NCBI GenBank assembly: GCA_047947115.1
Contig: CP170459.1
Location: 1-64,000 of the forward strand
DNA from: Verrucomicrobiota bacterium
Lineage (GTDB): Bacteria > Verrucomicrobiota > Verrucomicrobiia > Limisphaerales > AAA164-E04
Direction: 5' to 3'
DNA: 64,000 bases
The position numbers were made by a program, and so were the translations under genes. The notes under the pieces are model-generated. The model did no database searches. It was not told the origin of the DNA and worked only from the letters and a program-made list of their open reading frames with translations. How positions within the stretch are numbered: the first letter of the stretch is position 1; each line of letters begins with the position of its first letter. Below are positions 26,154 through 37,169 of the stretch, one piece after another.

Positions 26154-27905
26154 ATGAATGGCACCCATCGACCTCCATTTTGTTCACTGATACTGGCAAA
26201 GCTCTTGATCGCCTCCTTACCGATCTGTCATGGAGACGCCATGGAAGCACCCGCTCGGGTCACCAAAGATGACTACGAAGCACATGCACTTGAACTAAAC
26301 GGAAGCGCAGAGAACGGGAAAATCCTTTTCCACTCCAAAGAACGACTTGCTTGTTCACAATGCCATACGATTGATGGAACCGGGATGCTAGCAGGGCCAG
26401 ACCTGATGGATATTGGGAACACCTATTCCAAAGCTGACATCATTCACGCAGTTCTGGAACCTTCAGCGTTCATCGCAATCGGGTTTGCCAGTGTCACCCT
26501 GACAACCCGAAACGGTGTAGAACACACTGGAACCTTGAAAGACATGTCCGCAGACACGACAACATTGCTACGAGCTGACGGAAAAAGTCTAACATTCCGC
26601 CATTCGGAAATCACCCGTCGACACACCAGCAATATCAGCCTCATGCCCGAAGGGCTTCACACAGGACTGACACTCGATGAGTTCAGCGATTTGATCACCT
26701 ATCTGACGACATTGAAAATCACTGAAGATAATCAATTGACTCGAAATGGCATGCCCAACGAAATCCCTGTCCTTCCGAACCCGGTGACACTCGAGCCATT
26801 CATCAGTGAGGATCTAAAGTTTGCCCATGCCATGATAAAAAACCCCGGCGATGTTCGCTTTGGCTTGACCTGGTTTGAAGAGATGCCCGGGATGAAAAAT
26901 CATTTTTTGGTTGCAAGCCAATCAGGTGAATTGTGGCTGCTTGAAAAGAAAAAGGAAGGCGATTCTAAAATCTTGTTCGCAGATTTTTCCGATGAGCTTT
27001 TCAATGAACGCGGTCCCAATGGATTATTGGGACTGACCTTTCACCCAAACTTTAGCGAGAACCGAAAGTATTATCTGAAGCACCAGGTATACGAAGCGGA
27101 CAACATCGTCACGATTGTGGTGGAAAAGGAGGCTGCACCTGATTTCAAATCGGATTCTGGTAATCCTTCGCGTCGATTGATCCAAATGGGAAGCTCCACA
27201 CAGAATCACACGGGAGGCTGCATTCAATTCGGACCGGACGGTTACCTTTACATCGGCATGGGTGACACCGGTCCTCAACGTGACCCGCTGGGTCACGGCC
27301 AGGATCCCGGCACACGCCTCGGCAAGATCATGAGAATCGATGTCGACAGTCGGACGGGCGACCTTCCCTACACGATTCCCCCGGACAATCCGTATCTGAA
27401 CCGGAAAAACGTCCTCCCGGAGATCTGGGCGATCGGTTTTCGTGAACCGTGGCGATTCAGTTTCGACTCTGTGACAGGAGACCTGTGGGTGGGTGATGTC
27501 GGCCAAGACAAAGTGGAGGAAGTGGCCATTGTGCGACCGGGCGAAAATCACGGATGGAACGTGATGGAAGGATTTGATACGTTCTCAGATCAATATCGCC
27601 GAGACGAAGAAACCTACATTTCACCAGTCTTTGCATATCAGCGCAAGTATGGCAATTCCATCACCGGCGGTTATGTTTATCGAGGGGACAAACAATCCTC
27701 CTATTACGGAATGTATATCTGTGGCGACTACACATCCCGCCGCATCTGGGCCATCCGGCAAACCGATCGCGAACTTGAAAGTGTGAAGCAAATTGCCATC
27801 TCTCCCCAGGGCATTGCATCTTTCGGCAAAGATCGGGCAGGAAACATCTACGTGGTGGGCTATGAAGGCATGATCTACCTTTTGAATTTAAATAGTGAAA
27901 GGTGA
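26154..27905 (+). CDS. Cytochrome c domain + PQQ-dependent glucose/sorbosone dehydrogenase (GSDH) fusion
   Basis: CSQCH heme motif, GPDL and SLMPEGL; then GLLGLTFHPNF, NHTGG..FGPDGYLYIGMGD, GFREPWRFSFD and SITGGYVYRG. Confidence 0.88.
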   Translation: MNGTHRPPFCSLILAKLLIASLPICHGDAMEAPARVTKDDYEAHALELNGSAENGKILFHSKERLACSQCHTIDGTGMLAGPDLMDIGNTYSKADIIHAVLEPSAFIAIGFASVTLTTRNGVEHTGTLKDMSADTTTLLRADGKSLTFRHSEITRRHTSNISLMPEGLHTGLTLDEFSDLITYLTTLKITEDNQLTRNGMPNEIPVLPNPVTLEPFISEDLKFAHAMIKNPGDVRFGLTWFEEMPGMKNHFLVASQSGELWLLEKKKEGDSKILFADFSDELFNERGPNGLLGLTFHPNFSENRKYYLKHQVYEADNIVTIVVEKEAAPDFKSDSGNPSRRLIQMGSSTQNHTGGCIQFGPDGYLYIGMGDTGPQRDPLGHGQDPGTRLGKIMRIDVDSRTGDLPYTIPPDNPYLNRKNVLPEIWAIGFREPWRFSFDSVTGDLWVGDVGQDKVEEVAIVRPGENHGWNVMEGFDTFSDQYRRDEETYISPVFAYQRKYGNSITGGYVYRGDKQSSYYGMYICGDYTSRRIWAIRQTDRELESVKQIAISPQGIASFGKDRAGNIYVVGYEGMIYLLNLNSER

Positions 27906-28019
27906 GTCATGAATGATTCTGCTCTGGTGACTCCAGATGCATCAAACCTTCTTACGCGACAGGAATCATCGAATAGAATGGAATAATGTGTGAAGAAAGG
28001 TTGGAAATTCACCATTCAA

Positions 28020-29537
28020 TTACTGCTTATCCTTCCAAAGATCCTTATCGTCATACTTCCGATTGGCGGGACCGAAATCGCTGTTATTCACCCCGTTTGC
28101 AGGAGTTAATGGCGGAGGAGTAACGCCTGAAGCAAGCATGACTTTGTGGATGGCATCGATGGTTTCGAATGAAGGTTTAAAATTACCCGGACGAAATCCC
28201 TCAGCAATCAACAAGGGAGTCCAACCATATTCATTTCTCTGATTCCACACGTTCAAATCCGCGCCTCGTTCAACGAGATACTCCACGACTTTGGGAAGGT
28301 TCTTATAAGAGGCGGAATGCATGGCTGTTTCTCCGTGCACATCCACGGCATTGACGTCCTGCCCTATATCAATCAACCAGCCCACAGTTTCGAGGACTTC
28401 TTCTTCGGTTCCAGCCACCTCACCAGCCGCCTCGGTGCCAAGACCGGCAGCCACAATGATGGGAGTGACCTCGTCGATGGTTCTGATGTTGGGATCAGCT
28501 CCCAACTCATGCAGCAACTGCAGCAATTCCAAATCGGCAGTTTTGGCTGCCATCATAAAGGGTGTGGCACCCTTCTGATTGAATTTGCTGCGTCCACCGC
28601 TTCCTCTTTCCAGAGGCAGGTTTACATCGGCCCCCAACGCAACGATCTGTCGGACGAAATCCAGTGAAGTCAGGTTTCCGGAACCGTCGGGCGGCGGCTG
28701 GCCATTGACTCCTTCACCGCTGTCAGGTTTACGCACCCAGGATATCGCATGCAAGGCCGCGTAACCGGCTCCCAAGTCATTGGGATTGGCCCCCGCTTTC
28801 ACTAAATGTATGGCCATCTCAAAATGTCCGTTCTCCACTGCCATCAGCAACGGGGTCATCCCGCTTTGTGGTCCGCGACCCGCCCGGCGTTCCGGTTTCA
28901 TGGCCTCGTTCACATCAACACCAGCAGCAAGAAGCACCTTGAGCACATCAAATCGTCCTTCACGGATAGCAAAAAACAACGGTGTAAATCCGCCCCGAAG
29001 GGGTGTTCTGAAATCCGCCCCTTGCTCAATCAACCAGGCCACCACATCGGCATGTCCCTCGGCAGAGGCCCACATGATGGCGGTCTGTCCGCGGCTTTCC
29101 CTGGCGTCAACATCGGCACCCTTGCCGACCAAAGCTTTTACTGCATCCAAACTTCCACTACGCGAAGCCGTCATCAAAACTGTTTGCCCCCCGGTTTGCT
29201 GATCTTCGGCATCCGCCCCGGCTTCCAGCAATGCGCGCACCAGTTTTGCATTACCGTTCTGACAGGCCAACCAGAGAGGCGTGATGCCATAAGCGTTTTT
29301 GACCACCGGATCCGCTTTGGCCCCCAGCAACATCAGGGCAGCTTCGGTGTTGTCTTTGAAAACGGCATAATGAAGTGCTGTCATCCCGTCCGCCTCGGCC
29401 AGATTCACATTGACTTTGCGGGAAAGGAGCGTGGTCAACTGCTGATTATCCCCCTGCCGAAAAGCGTCCAGCAGGGTGTTGGCTCCATGGAGAACACCGG
29501 TGGTCAAAAGTATCGCTAGCAGGAGATGTTTCATCAC
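28020..29537 (-). CDS. Secreted ankyrin repeat protein (DUF1552/DUF1592-associated)
   Basis: Signal peptide; many G.TPL/TAL..A...G....V..LL..GADVN repeats. Confidence 0.92.
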   Translation of the reverse strand: MMKHLLLAILLTTGVLHGANTLLDAFRQGDNQQLTTLLSRKVNVNLAEADGMTALHYAVFKDNTEAALMLLGAKADPVVKNAYGITPLWLACQNGNAKLVRALLEAGADAEDQQTGGQTVLMTASRSGSLDAVKALVGKGADVDARESRGQTAIMWASAEGHADVVAWLIEQGADFRTPLRGGFTPLFFAIREGRFDVLKVLLAAGVDVNEAMKPERRAGRGPQSGMTPLLMAVENGHFEMAIHLVKAGANPNDLGAGYAALHAISWVRKPDSGEGVNGQPPPDGSGNLTSLDFVRQIVALGADVNLPLERGSGGRSKFNQKGATPFMMAAKTADLELLQLLHELGADPNIRTIDEVTPIIVAAGLGTEAAGEVAGTEEEVLETVGWLIDIGQDVNAVDVHGETAMHSASYKNLPKVVEYLVERGADLNVWNQRNEYGWTPLLIAEGFRPGNFKPSFETIDAIHKVMLASGVTPPPLTPANGVNNSDFGPANRKYDDKDLWKDKQ

Positions 29538-30874
29538 ACGGAAAGCGGGAACAGTTCATTCAATTTACCGGTGCTGTCGGCAAAGGAATCCAATCGCACA
29601 CCCACTTTGTCGAGCAAGGACAAATGCAAATTGGCCAATGGAGTCGGTTTGTCATAACGCAGATATCGCCCCCCCTTGTGCCCCGTCGCCGCACCGCCCG
29701 CAACCAATGTCGGCAAGTTGGTGTGATCGTGTATGTTTGGATTCCCAATTCCGCTGCCGTATAGTAACAAGGTGTTGTCCAGTAAAGAACCCTCACCTTC
29801 AGGCGTATCCTTCAATTTCTGAATATATTCGGCAAAAAGCGAAACATGGAAAGTATTGATCCGGGACATCCTCTCAATCTTGTCCGGATCGTTTCCGTGA
29901 TGCGAAAGTGGATGATGCGGATCTGGCACCCCAATTTCCGGGTAAGTTCGGTTACTGGTCTCACGCGCAAGCTGAAAGGTGATCACACGCGTCACGTCCC
30001 CCTGAAACGCCAATACCTGCAAATCAAACATCAGTCGTGCATGATCAGCATACGATGCCGGCACACCGACCGGACGATCCAAATCTGGCAATGGATTATC
30101 TTCAGCATTGGCCTCGGCACGTTGGATGCGCCGTTCCACCTCACGGATGGTGTCCAGGTAAACATCCACACGAGCCCGGTCTTCGGCGCCCAATTTACGC
30201 TTCAAACGAGCGATGTCCTGATTGAATGCATCCAGCAGAGAAGCGCGATGACGCAGGGCGGCCTGCCTCTCAAAAGCATTGCCACCTTCCCCGAACAACG
30301 ATTCAAACACGATGCGGGGATGTGCCTCGGCAGGGAGCGGGGTGGTGGGTGTGGACCATGAAAGGTTGTTCTGATATACACAGGCATAGCCATTGTCACA
30401 CTGACCGACCGTTTGCATCAAATCCATCGACAATTCAAGCGAAGGCAACTGCGTTTCAAGCCCGAGTTGTTTCGCTGCCACCTGATCAACGGTCGTTCCG
30501 AGATAGTAGTCATTCCCCTCTGTGTGTCGTGCTTTGGCGGCACTTAGGAAGGATGAGTTGGAAGTGGCGTGTGATCCCGGATAAGCGTTGGCCAGTTCCA
30601 TGTTGCCAAGAACAGTCAGTTCGTTCTTGACCGGTTCCAATGAACTCAGAATGGGCGACAACTCCTGAAGCTTTCCTTCGTTTTGCGGGAACCATCGGGA
30701 CTGATCACACCCCATCGGCATGAACACAAACCCCACGCGTTTCGCTGGCGCACCGGGAAGTTTGGATGATGCCGTGGCGGCAGGAATCATGGCGTCAAGC
30801 ATGGGCAGGGCCATGGTGGCTCCAACAGTTCTCAAAAACGTGCGACGTGGCAGTGCTTTTTTGGTAATGATCAT
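29534..30874 (-). CDS. DUF1552 (HXXSHH) protein with Tat-like signal
   Basis: LPRRTFLR..GATMALPMLDAM; TVDQVAA; SLEL; HHPLSHH; YGSG.GN.N.H.H.NLP. Confidence 0.92.
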   Translation of the reverse strand: MIITKKALPRRTFLRTVGATMALPMLDAMIPAATASSKLPGAPAKRVGFVFMPMGCDQSRWFPQNEGKLQELSPILSSLEPVKNELTVLGNMELANAYPGSHATSNSSFLSAAKARHTEGNDYYLGTTVDQVAAKQLGLETQLPSLELSMDLMQTVGQCDNGYACVYQNNLSWSTPTTPLPAEAHPRIVFESLFGEGGNAFERQAALRHRASLLDAFNQDIARLKRKLGAEDRARVDVYLDTIREVERRIQRAEANAEDNPLPDLDRPVGVPASYADHARLMFDLQVLAFQGDVTRVITFQLARETSNRTYPEIGVPDPHHPLSHHGNDPDKIERMSRINTFHVSLFAEYIQKLKDTPEGEGSLLDNTLLLYGSGIGNPNIHDHTNLPTLVAGGAATGHKGGRYLRYDKPTPLANLHLSLLDKVGVRLDSFADSTGKLNELFPLSV

Positions 30875-33198
30875 GGTAATGTCTTTCTTTTCTGAAAGGG
30901 TTGACTGTTCACAACAGCTAAAATAACGGAATGCATCCGAAAGTCATCTTCTTTGGCTTCCCGAATGATCTGACGAATCGCCGGCGCATCAAAAGATTCA
31001 ATCCCACGCCCGAGTGCAAACGTCAGCATCTTCTCGGCAAGTGTCCCCACAAACAGCTCTGGACGATCCAACAAGGCTTCCTCCAATGCGCCGACCCCCA
31101 CAAACTCGCGTCCGTCCGGAAAACCACCCGAAGCATCGACCGGACGTCCTTTCTCCATCTCTCGCCACCGTCCGACGGCATCAAAATTTTCCAGTGAAAA
31201 CCCAACGGGATCCAGAATATTGTGGCAGCTGGCACATGCAACATTCGCTCGATGCTGTGCCAATCGTTCTCGCATGGACAAACTGGAATCCACTGTATTC
31301 TCGTCCAAAGCGGGCACATCCGGAGGAGGCGGTGGGGGAGGCACCCCCAGGAGATTGCTGAGGATCCAATTTCCTCGAATCACCGGCGAAGTTCGGGTCG
31401 CGTAAGATGTTACCGAAAGGATGCTCCCCTGTCGCAAAAGGCCACCGCGGTGAAGCTCCGGTGTCAGATTTACTTTGCGAAAATGGTCCCCGTGAATCCC
31501 CTTGATGCCATAGTGCCTGGCCAAGCGTTCGTTGAGATACGTGTAATCACACTTTAACAATTCGAGTGCGCTTCGGTTTTCCGTTAAAACATGCTCGAAA
31601 AACAATCCGGTTTCCTTACGAAAAGCCTGTCTCAGATTTTCGTCAAAATCGGGAAACAATCGGGCATCAGGAGTCAATCCGTCCAAATTCCGCAAGTAGA
31701 GCCATTGATCGGCAAAATTGGTCACCAGGCTTCGCGCCCGAGGATCTGCCAACATTCGTCGCGTTTGTTCCTCCAGATGGTTCGCCTTGCTCAACTCACC
31801 GCGCATGGCGAGTTCCAACAGCTCTTCGTCAGGAATGCTGCTCCACAAAAAGAAGGACAACCTCGATGCCAATTGAATGTCTGAAATCCTGTAAACGGCA
31901 TCCGGACCAACATCCGCCGGATCTTCCTCAACACGGAACAGAAACTCCGGACTAATCAGAATCGCTCCCAAAGCCGCTTCAATGCCCGCTTCAAATCCCC
32001 CTCCGGCTTGTTCTCGCCGATAGAAAGCCATCGGCTGCACCAGGTCTTCCGCATCCACGGGCCGCCGGTAAGCGTGCCGCATCAAATTGGAAAGTATCTT
32101 TTCGGCACATGCATCTTCCTGTGAAGGTTGATCAGGGCGAGTAATGAAAATTTTGCGGCGACTCTCCGATTCCCCTGCCCCTTCGATATTGAAAGGTCCA
32201 TTGATATTGACCTGATAGATGGCGGGACTCAAGCGCGGATGGCGATGCATGTTGAATGCCACCGTATAAGGCTGACGCTTACGTTCCAGCAAAGCGTCGG
32301 AATGATCCACAAAGGTGACACCCAACTGGTGTAACCCGGCAGTCACCGGAATACGCACCACCAGATTGCGGTCCACGCTCTCGTAATCCTTGGCTATCTC
32401 AGGAGGTTTTACGGTGAATCGCCGGATGCGCTGGTCGTCCAACAAAAAATCCAGTTCATACGTGCCATTCAGGCCCTCGATCTCTTCGTTTCGATCCCGT
32501 GCAAGACGCACCTTTATTTCGTATTCGGCATCATGGGAAAACGTGTGGGAAATCAACAGACCACCCCGTGTCCCAAGCGGCAAGCCCTCCACGTGATTTT
32601 CCTGAGTCACATCCGCCGGGACACGATAGGTTTCCCCGCCCGGCTTCACTTCGGAGGCTCCCACGGCCAACCGGCTGATGCGCTGGGCAGCGGTGATATA
32701 ACGGTTCAACAAGGTCGGAGAAAGCGACCCGACGGTGATGTTGTCAAAACCGTGGCTGGATTCATCCTTGGGCAACCATGCCCTGGCATCAATTTGAACC
32801 GACAGCAAATCCCGAATCGCATTCTGATATTCGGTGCGAGTGAGCCGGCGAAACGTCTCGGTGCGCCCCGGATCGGGATGTTCCCCGGCAATCTGATCCA
32901 ATGCTTCCGACAATTCGGAAGACATCTGATTGAACAACTTCTCACTCGGGCGGTCTTCCCCAATCGGCGGCATCTGACGGCCATCCAGCTTTCGCACTAC
33001 CTTTTCCCAAGTCTCAGTCTGTTCGTGGAAAGGCATTCCCAGGAGAGCTTCCAAATTCAGTCCCCCCTTATCTACATCTCCATCATGACAATCGAAACAA
33101 TAATCTCCAATAAGCCCGTCCATTGTGGCCGATTGGGAAACAACACTCCCCCAGCAAAGGCAGCAAAGAGTCCATACATATTTCATGTGTCGTTTCAT
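30871..33198 (-). CDS. DUF1592/1588/1587/1595/1585 heme c protein
   Basis: CFDCH and CASCH; RRLTRTEYQNAIRDLL; GFDN; LASRLSFFLWSSIPD; TSPVIRG.WI. Confidence 0.92.
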   Translation of the reverse strand: MKRHMKYVWTLCCLCWGSVVSQSATMDGLIGDYCFDCHDGDVDKGGLNLEALLGMPFHEQTETWEKVVRKLDGRQMPPIGEDRPSEKLFNQMSSELSEALDQIAGEHPDPGRTETFRRLTRTEYQNAIRDLLSVQIDARAWLPKDESSHGFDNITVGSLSPTLLNRYITAAQRISRLAVGASEVKPGGETYRVPADVTQENHVEGLPLGTRGGLLISHTFSHDAEYEIKVRLARDRNEEIEGLNGTYELDFLLDDQRIRRFTVKPPEIAKDYESVDRNLVVRIPVTAGLHQLGVTFVDHSDALLERKRQPYTVAFNMHRHPRLSPAIYQVNINGPFNIEGAGESESRRKIFITRPDQPSQEDACAEKILSNLMRHAYRRPVDAEDLVQPMAFYRREQAGGGFEAGIEAALGAILISPEFLFRVEEDPADVGPDAVYRISDIQLASRLSFFLWSSIPDEELLELAMRGELSKANHLEEQTRRMLADPRARSLVTNFADQWLYLRNLDGLTPDARLFPDFDENLRQAFRKETGLFFEHVLTENRSALELLKCDYTYLNERLARHYGIKGIHGDHFRKVNLTPELHRGGLLRQGSILSVTSYATRTSPVIRGNWILSNLLGVPPPPPPPDVPALDENTVDSSLSMRERLAQHRANVACASCHNILDPVGFSLENFDAVGRWREMEKGRPVDASGGFPDGREFVGVGALEEALLDRPELFVGTLAEKMLTFALGRGIESFDAPAIRQIIREAKEDDFRMHSVILAVVNSQPFQKRKTLP

Positions 33199-33394
33199 AT
33201 TCGGAATGGTGACATTCTTGTTGATAGCCGTCAGAGTGTCAATGGAAGTTCTTACGTTTACCCAGGGCAGTTAGGAGGAGATTCCCCTTCCAGAAGGTCA
33301 GAGCTCGCGCAACTTCTTGCGTGATCACGCAGCATATTGCGCGATTCGCTGTTATAAACCAAAAACCTGAACCCATTGCGTGGAATGGCAACCT

Positions 33395-34474
33395 TCACTG
33401 TGCAGACAAAAGCTTCACCATCGCACGTCCCATGGCTTCGCCCACGTTCATGTAGGTTTCAGCATGACCGTTATAATGCCCCCCTGAACTTCCGCCTTTG
33501 GATAGAGGGTAACTGTAAACAGTGGCAACATTGCCCTTGAACTCAGGGTATTTACCGGAATCGCCGTCCACCGCAAACATGGCATCCAGGAGTTTTTTTC
33601 CGTTTCCAGTGTCGGCCTTTGAGGTTTGGCCCAGGGTGGCACAAACAAACTTTGCTTCGGGAGCACTGAAATCCTTACGGAGCTGTTTGATGAGATGCAC
33701 GAGGTTCTGTTCGTATCTGCTTGATAATGCCTCGCTGCGGCTATCCCGATCCCCCTGCCACCAGAAAAACCCAGCCACTTCATACTCTTTTGCACCGGGA
33801 TAATACTTGTCGAGTTCGTTCAGCACCTGTTTGACGCGGGAAATGTCGCCGTCGTATTGCATGCCGGCATACCAGTTGATTTGCTTGGGTTCTGTTCCTT
33901 TCAGCCAGCGCTCGGGTGAACCCTTGTAACCGGGATGCACCCAAGTCACGCCCATTGAATCCGTGAACTCGTACCCCTCACTCCCCGGCGGCAACAAATC
34001 CCACCCAAGCGCACGGTTACCAATACAGCTCTTCAAAATCATGACCGGTGCATCGGAAGCATGCCCCAAATGGTGGCCAATTCCAAATTCAGGACCGATC
34101 TTCCCCCCCTTGATGGTCATCCACTCGTTGTTAAAAAGTCGCATCCCACCGAGACCGCTGCCCATGACCCGAACATTCCTGACATCCTGGCGCACGGCCC
34201 AATCCCCATCATCATCGACAAGATAAGGATACAACCCCTTTTCCTTCACTGCATGCACCAGCGAGCCCTCAGGACCCTTTTTACCCGGCTGCACTTGCCC
34301 CGCTCCAAGCATGTTGGATTGCCCGAGCAAGATGTAGACCTGCACGGGCTTGCTCATGTCAGCCGGTTGTCCATCCGGATCAGGCAAACTATCAGCCGAC
34401 AATACGACTGTGGTGCTGAGAACAGCGACTGAACATCGCATATACTTTAACAGACTTTTTAATGGATTGCTCAT
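33395..34474 (-). CDS. Sialate O-acetylesterase (SASA/DUF303, SGNH-like) family protein
   Basis: VYILLGQSNM, GPEFG, GFFWWQGD, HYNGHAETY..VG. Confidence 0.85.
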   Translation of the reverse strand: MSNPLKSLLKYMRCSVAVLSTTVVLSADSLPDPDGQPADMSKPVQVYILLGQSNMLGAGQVQPGKKGPEGSLVHAVKEKGLYPYLVDDDGDWAVRQDVRNVRVMGSGLGGMRLFNNEWMTIKGGKIGPEFGIGHHLGHASDAPVMILKSCIGNRALGWDLLPPGSEGYEFTDSMGVTWVHPGYKGSPERWLKGTEPKQINWYAGMQYDGDISRVKQVLNELDKYYPGAKEYEVAGFFWWQGDRDSRSEALSSRYEQNLVHLIKQLRKDFSAPEAKFVCATLGQTSKADTGNGKKLLDAMFAVDGDSGKYPEFKGNVATVYSYPLSKGGSSGGHYNGHAETYMNVGEAMGRAMVKLLSAQ

Positions 34475-34504
34475 AGATACTTTCTTGTGCCGTCAATAAG
34501 CAGA

Positions 34505-37162
34505 CTAACGTTTTAAAAAGGATTCACTCAATACGACTGAAACGATCAAATCCTGAAATCCTCGATCTCCGTCAAGCACGTCGTTGGTCAGGGATTGAAC
34601 AATCCGATAATCACCGAAACTGAGTTCACGCCCGGTGCTGTAAATGAGCAGTTTTTCGATCAGGCATGAAGCAAACAACTCCATGTTGTTCATAAGATAA
34701 GCTTTTAAATCGGTCACATCGTTCAACAAAGTTCCACCCGGCATGGTGGCTGATGTGTCGATGCGACGCCCCAGGCGCGTTCCTTCTCCCTGGCTCGAAT
34801 AGAACTCTTCCTTGAGTTTCTCCGAGGCGCCATCTGTGTAGATCGGATAATACTCCCGCCAACGCCCCACCGGATCAAATTGCTCCATCACAAAACCAAG
34901 TGGATCAATCTTCTCATGACACCGTGCACAAGCCGCATCTGCCTGATGCTTCAACATCAGTTCACGCATGGTGGTGGCTCCGGAAGTATCGGGCGCAACA
35001 GCCGGAACATCGGCGGGTGGCGGAGGGGTCGGCTGCCCCAACACGTTTTCCAGCAACCACACACCTCGATGCACCGGATGGGTATCCACACCATTTGCTG
35101 TCGCCATCATGATGGAGGCCAACCCAAGAAGCCCGCCTTGTCTTCCTCCTTTTGGAAAAGTTACCCGCTGCATTTTTTTCCCCGTCAGATCCCCTCCATA
35201 TATTTTATTGAGATTCTGGTTTCTGAAACTGAATCCAGGATCAATGAAATGGTCCAAGGTGTAATTGCCCGCCAATAATTCCTCAAAAAACAGTTCAGTT
35301 TCTTCGATCAACGCATCACGATCCGGATTGAAGAATTTCAACAATCGAGGATCCGGCATGATATCCTTGAGCATGCGAGTGCCCAACCATTGGCCGGTAA
35401 AATGTTTTACAAATTCCAATCGTTCGGGTTTGGACAACAAACGCCGGGTCTCCTTTCCCAATACATCCAACTTCGACAATTGGCCGGAGGAAGCAAGCGC
35501 AGTGAGTTCCGCATCTGGAGGAGAACCGTTCAAGAAGTAACTCAGGCGACTCGCAAGTTCATACTCATCCAATGCGCCTCCTCCAAGCTCACGGAATAGA
35601 AAGTGAGGCGACAGCAAAGCTTTTCGGATAGCCAAGTGAAGGGCATCTTCAATGCGTTTCTCTGGAAACTCGTCACGATGTGTACAAACAAGTTCCATAT
35701 ATCCACCTAACTGATCGTCGGATACGGGCCGTCGAAAGGCTCTGGATAAAAAATCCCGGAGAAACCGTTCAACAAATAGGATATCCGTAGACTCGCTGGC
35801 TTGCCGTCCTAAAAACGCTTTGGACCTGGCCAATCTGTCCCGCATTGTCTGACTGATCACCACACGATTGGGACCATTCACCGCCACTTCCAGAATGTCC
35901 AATGCAGGACCAAAACGATGCATTTGTTCGTGGGCATATGCTTTGCACCAATTGTGCGGCCCATTGAACAAACCCCCGCCATAGACAGCCGGTGGTTTAC
36001 CCAGAGCCGGATCACTCAAATCAAGATCTCCACTCTCCATCAAAGCACAAATCGCTTCATAAAACTCCGCCTGACTCGATCCTCGTTTTCCTCCGTTCAA
36101 CTTGAGAGCGGCGGCGTAGAAAATACGGTCATTCAACAAACGGTCATCAATGAAATCATGTGAAAGATCAATCCTCCCCGGATCCGAATACACGGGACCG
36201 TCCGCCCATCGAAACCCCATGATCTCGCCTTGAAAAAGTTCCACTTCCAAAGGATCCACGGAATGCTTCGCTTCGGATGTCGATATGGAAACCTCGCCAA
36301 GCATCCTCATGTCCGAAAACTTCGCGTATTTTTGCTCCCCGTTCTGACGTGCGAAGACTTGCAACAGGAAGGGCTTGGATCGGCGTTCGTAAAACATGCT
36401 TCCGGTTTGAAACACACGGGCATCAATCCGCACACTGTAAATGCCGCTGATTGGCGCTTCAAAAGAAGAGGTCCATCCCGCTGCACTTGCCATATTGCGT
36501 GAAGAAACCAGACGGAAAACCTCACCTGCCAACGCTCCCCCACCTCCCTCATCGGTGTTCAATCCCATGGCATCGATTGAATAGTGATGCGGTTCGGCTT
36601 TGGGCAGAGTCACCGGTTGCGGTAGAAATTCGTCAGCAATTGCAGTGGCTATCTCCAGATATTGCGCCAGTAAGGGAGGTGAGATCACCAGTCCAGATGC
36701 AACGTTATCAAAACCAAATTTGGAAACATCCGATGGAAAGGAAGGCGGCAGTTCAAATTCCGGATAGTCAAACAAGTTCCGAATGGTATTCAAATATTCG
36801 ATACGGTTCAGGCGACGCGGCAGGGTTCCTCCCGGAGGCGAATATTCGGTCAAAACCTCCCCGAGCCAAGCAAGAAAAGTATCTCGATCAACACTCCCGG
36901 GAATGGATTCCGCATCACGAGGAGGCATCTCACCTGAATGCACCACCTCGTGAACCGTCGTCCAAAGTTCAAGACTATCCGTTGACGCCCAATCCACAGA
37001 TCGCAAATCGAGGTTCACGTCCCCTTCCAGTTTGTCTTCACGCCCCGCATGACATTCGAAACAATGTTGCTTGAGAAAATCCACCACCGGTGCAGGCATG
37101 GACTCCCCGGCGAACAGGACAGTCGAAAAGCCAATCAGTTGGCACCAAAGAAACATCTTCAT
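34505..37162 (-). CDS. DUF1592/1588-family heme c protein (second paralog)
   Basis: CFECH and CARCH; RRLNRIEYLNTIR; LASRLSYFL; HPVHRGVWLL. Start could be 37186. Confidence 0.9.
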   Translation of the reverse strand: MKMFLWCQLIGFSTVLFAGESMPAPVVDFLKQHCFECHAGREDKLEGDVNLDLRSVDWASTDSLELWTTVHEVVHSGEMPPRDAESIPGSVDRDTFLAWLGEVLTEYSPPGGTLPRRLNRIEYLNTIRNLFDYPEFELPPSFPSDVSKFGFDNVASGLVISPPLLAQYLEIATAIADEFLPQPVTLPKAEPHHYSIDAMGLNTDEGGGGALAGEVFRLVSSRNMASAAGWTSSFEAPISGIYSVRIDARVFQTGSMFYERRSKPFLLQVFARQNGEQKYAKFSDMRMLGEVSISTSEAKHSVDPLEVELFQGEIMGFRWADGPVYSDPGRIDLSHDFIDDRLLNDRIFYAAALKLNGGKRGSSQAEFYEAICALMESGDLDLSDPALGKPPAVYGGGLFNGPHNWCKAYAHEQMHRFGPALDILEVAVNGPNRVVISQTMRDRLARSKAFLGRQASESTDILFVERFLRDFLSRAFRRPVSDDQLGGYMELVCTHRDEFPEKRIEDALHLAIRKALLSPHFLFRELGGGALDEYELASRLSYFLNGSPPDAELTALASSGQLSKLDVLGKETRRLLSKPERLEFVKHFTGQWLGTRMLKDIMPDPRLLKFFNPDRDALIEETELFFEELLAGNYTLDHFIDPGFSFRNQNLNKIYGGDLTGKKMQRVTFPKGGRQGGLLGLASIMMATANGVDTHPVHRGVWLLENVLGQPTPPPPADVPAVAPDTSGATTMRELMLKHQADAACARCHEKIDPLGFVMEQFDPVGRWREYYPIYTDGASEKLKEEFYSSQGEGTRLGRRIDTSATMPGGTLLNDVTDLKAYLMNNMELFASCLIEKLLIYSTGRELSFGDYRIVQSLTNDVLDGDRGFQDLIVSVVLSESFLKR

Positions 37163-37169
37163 CGGATTT

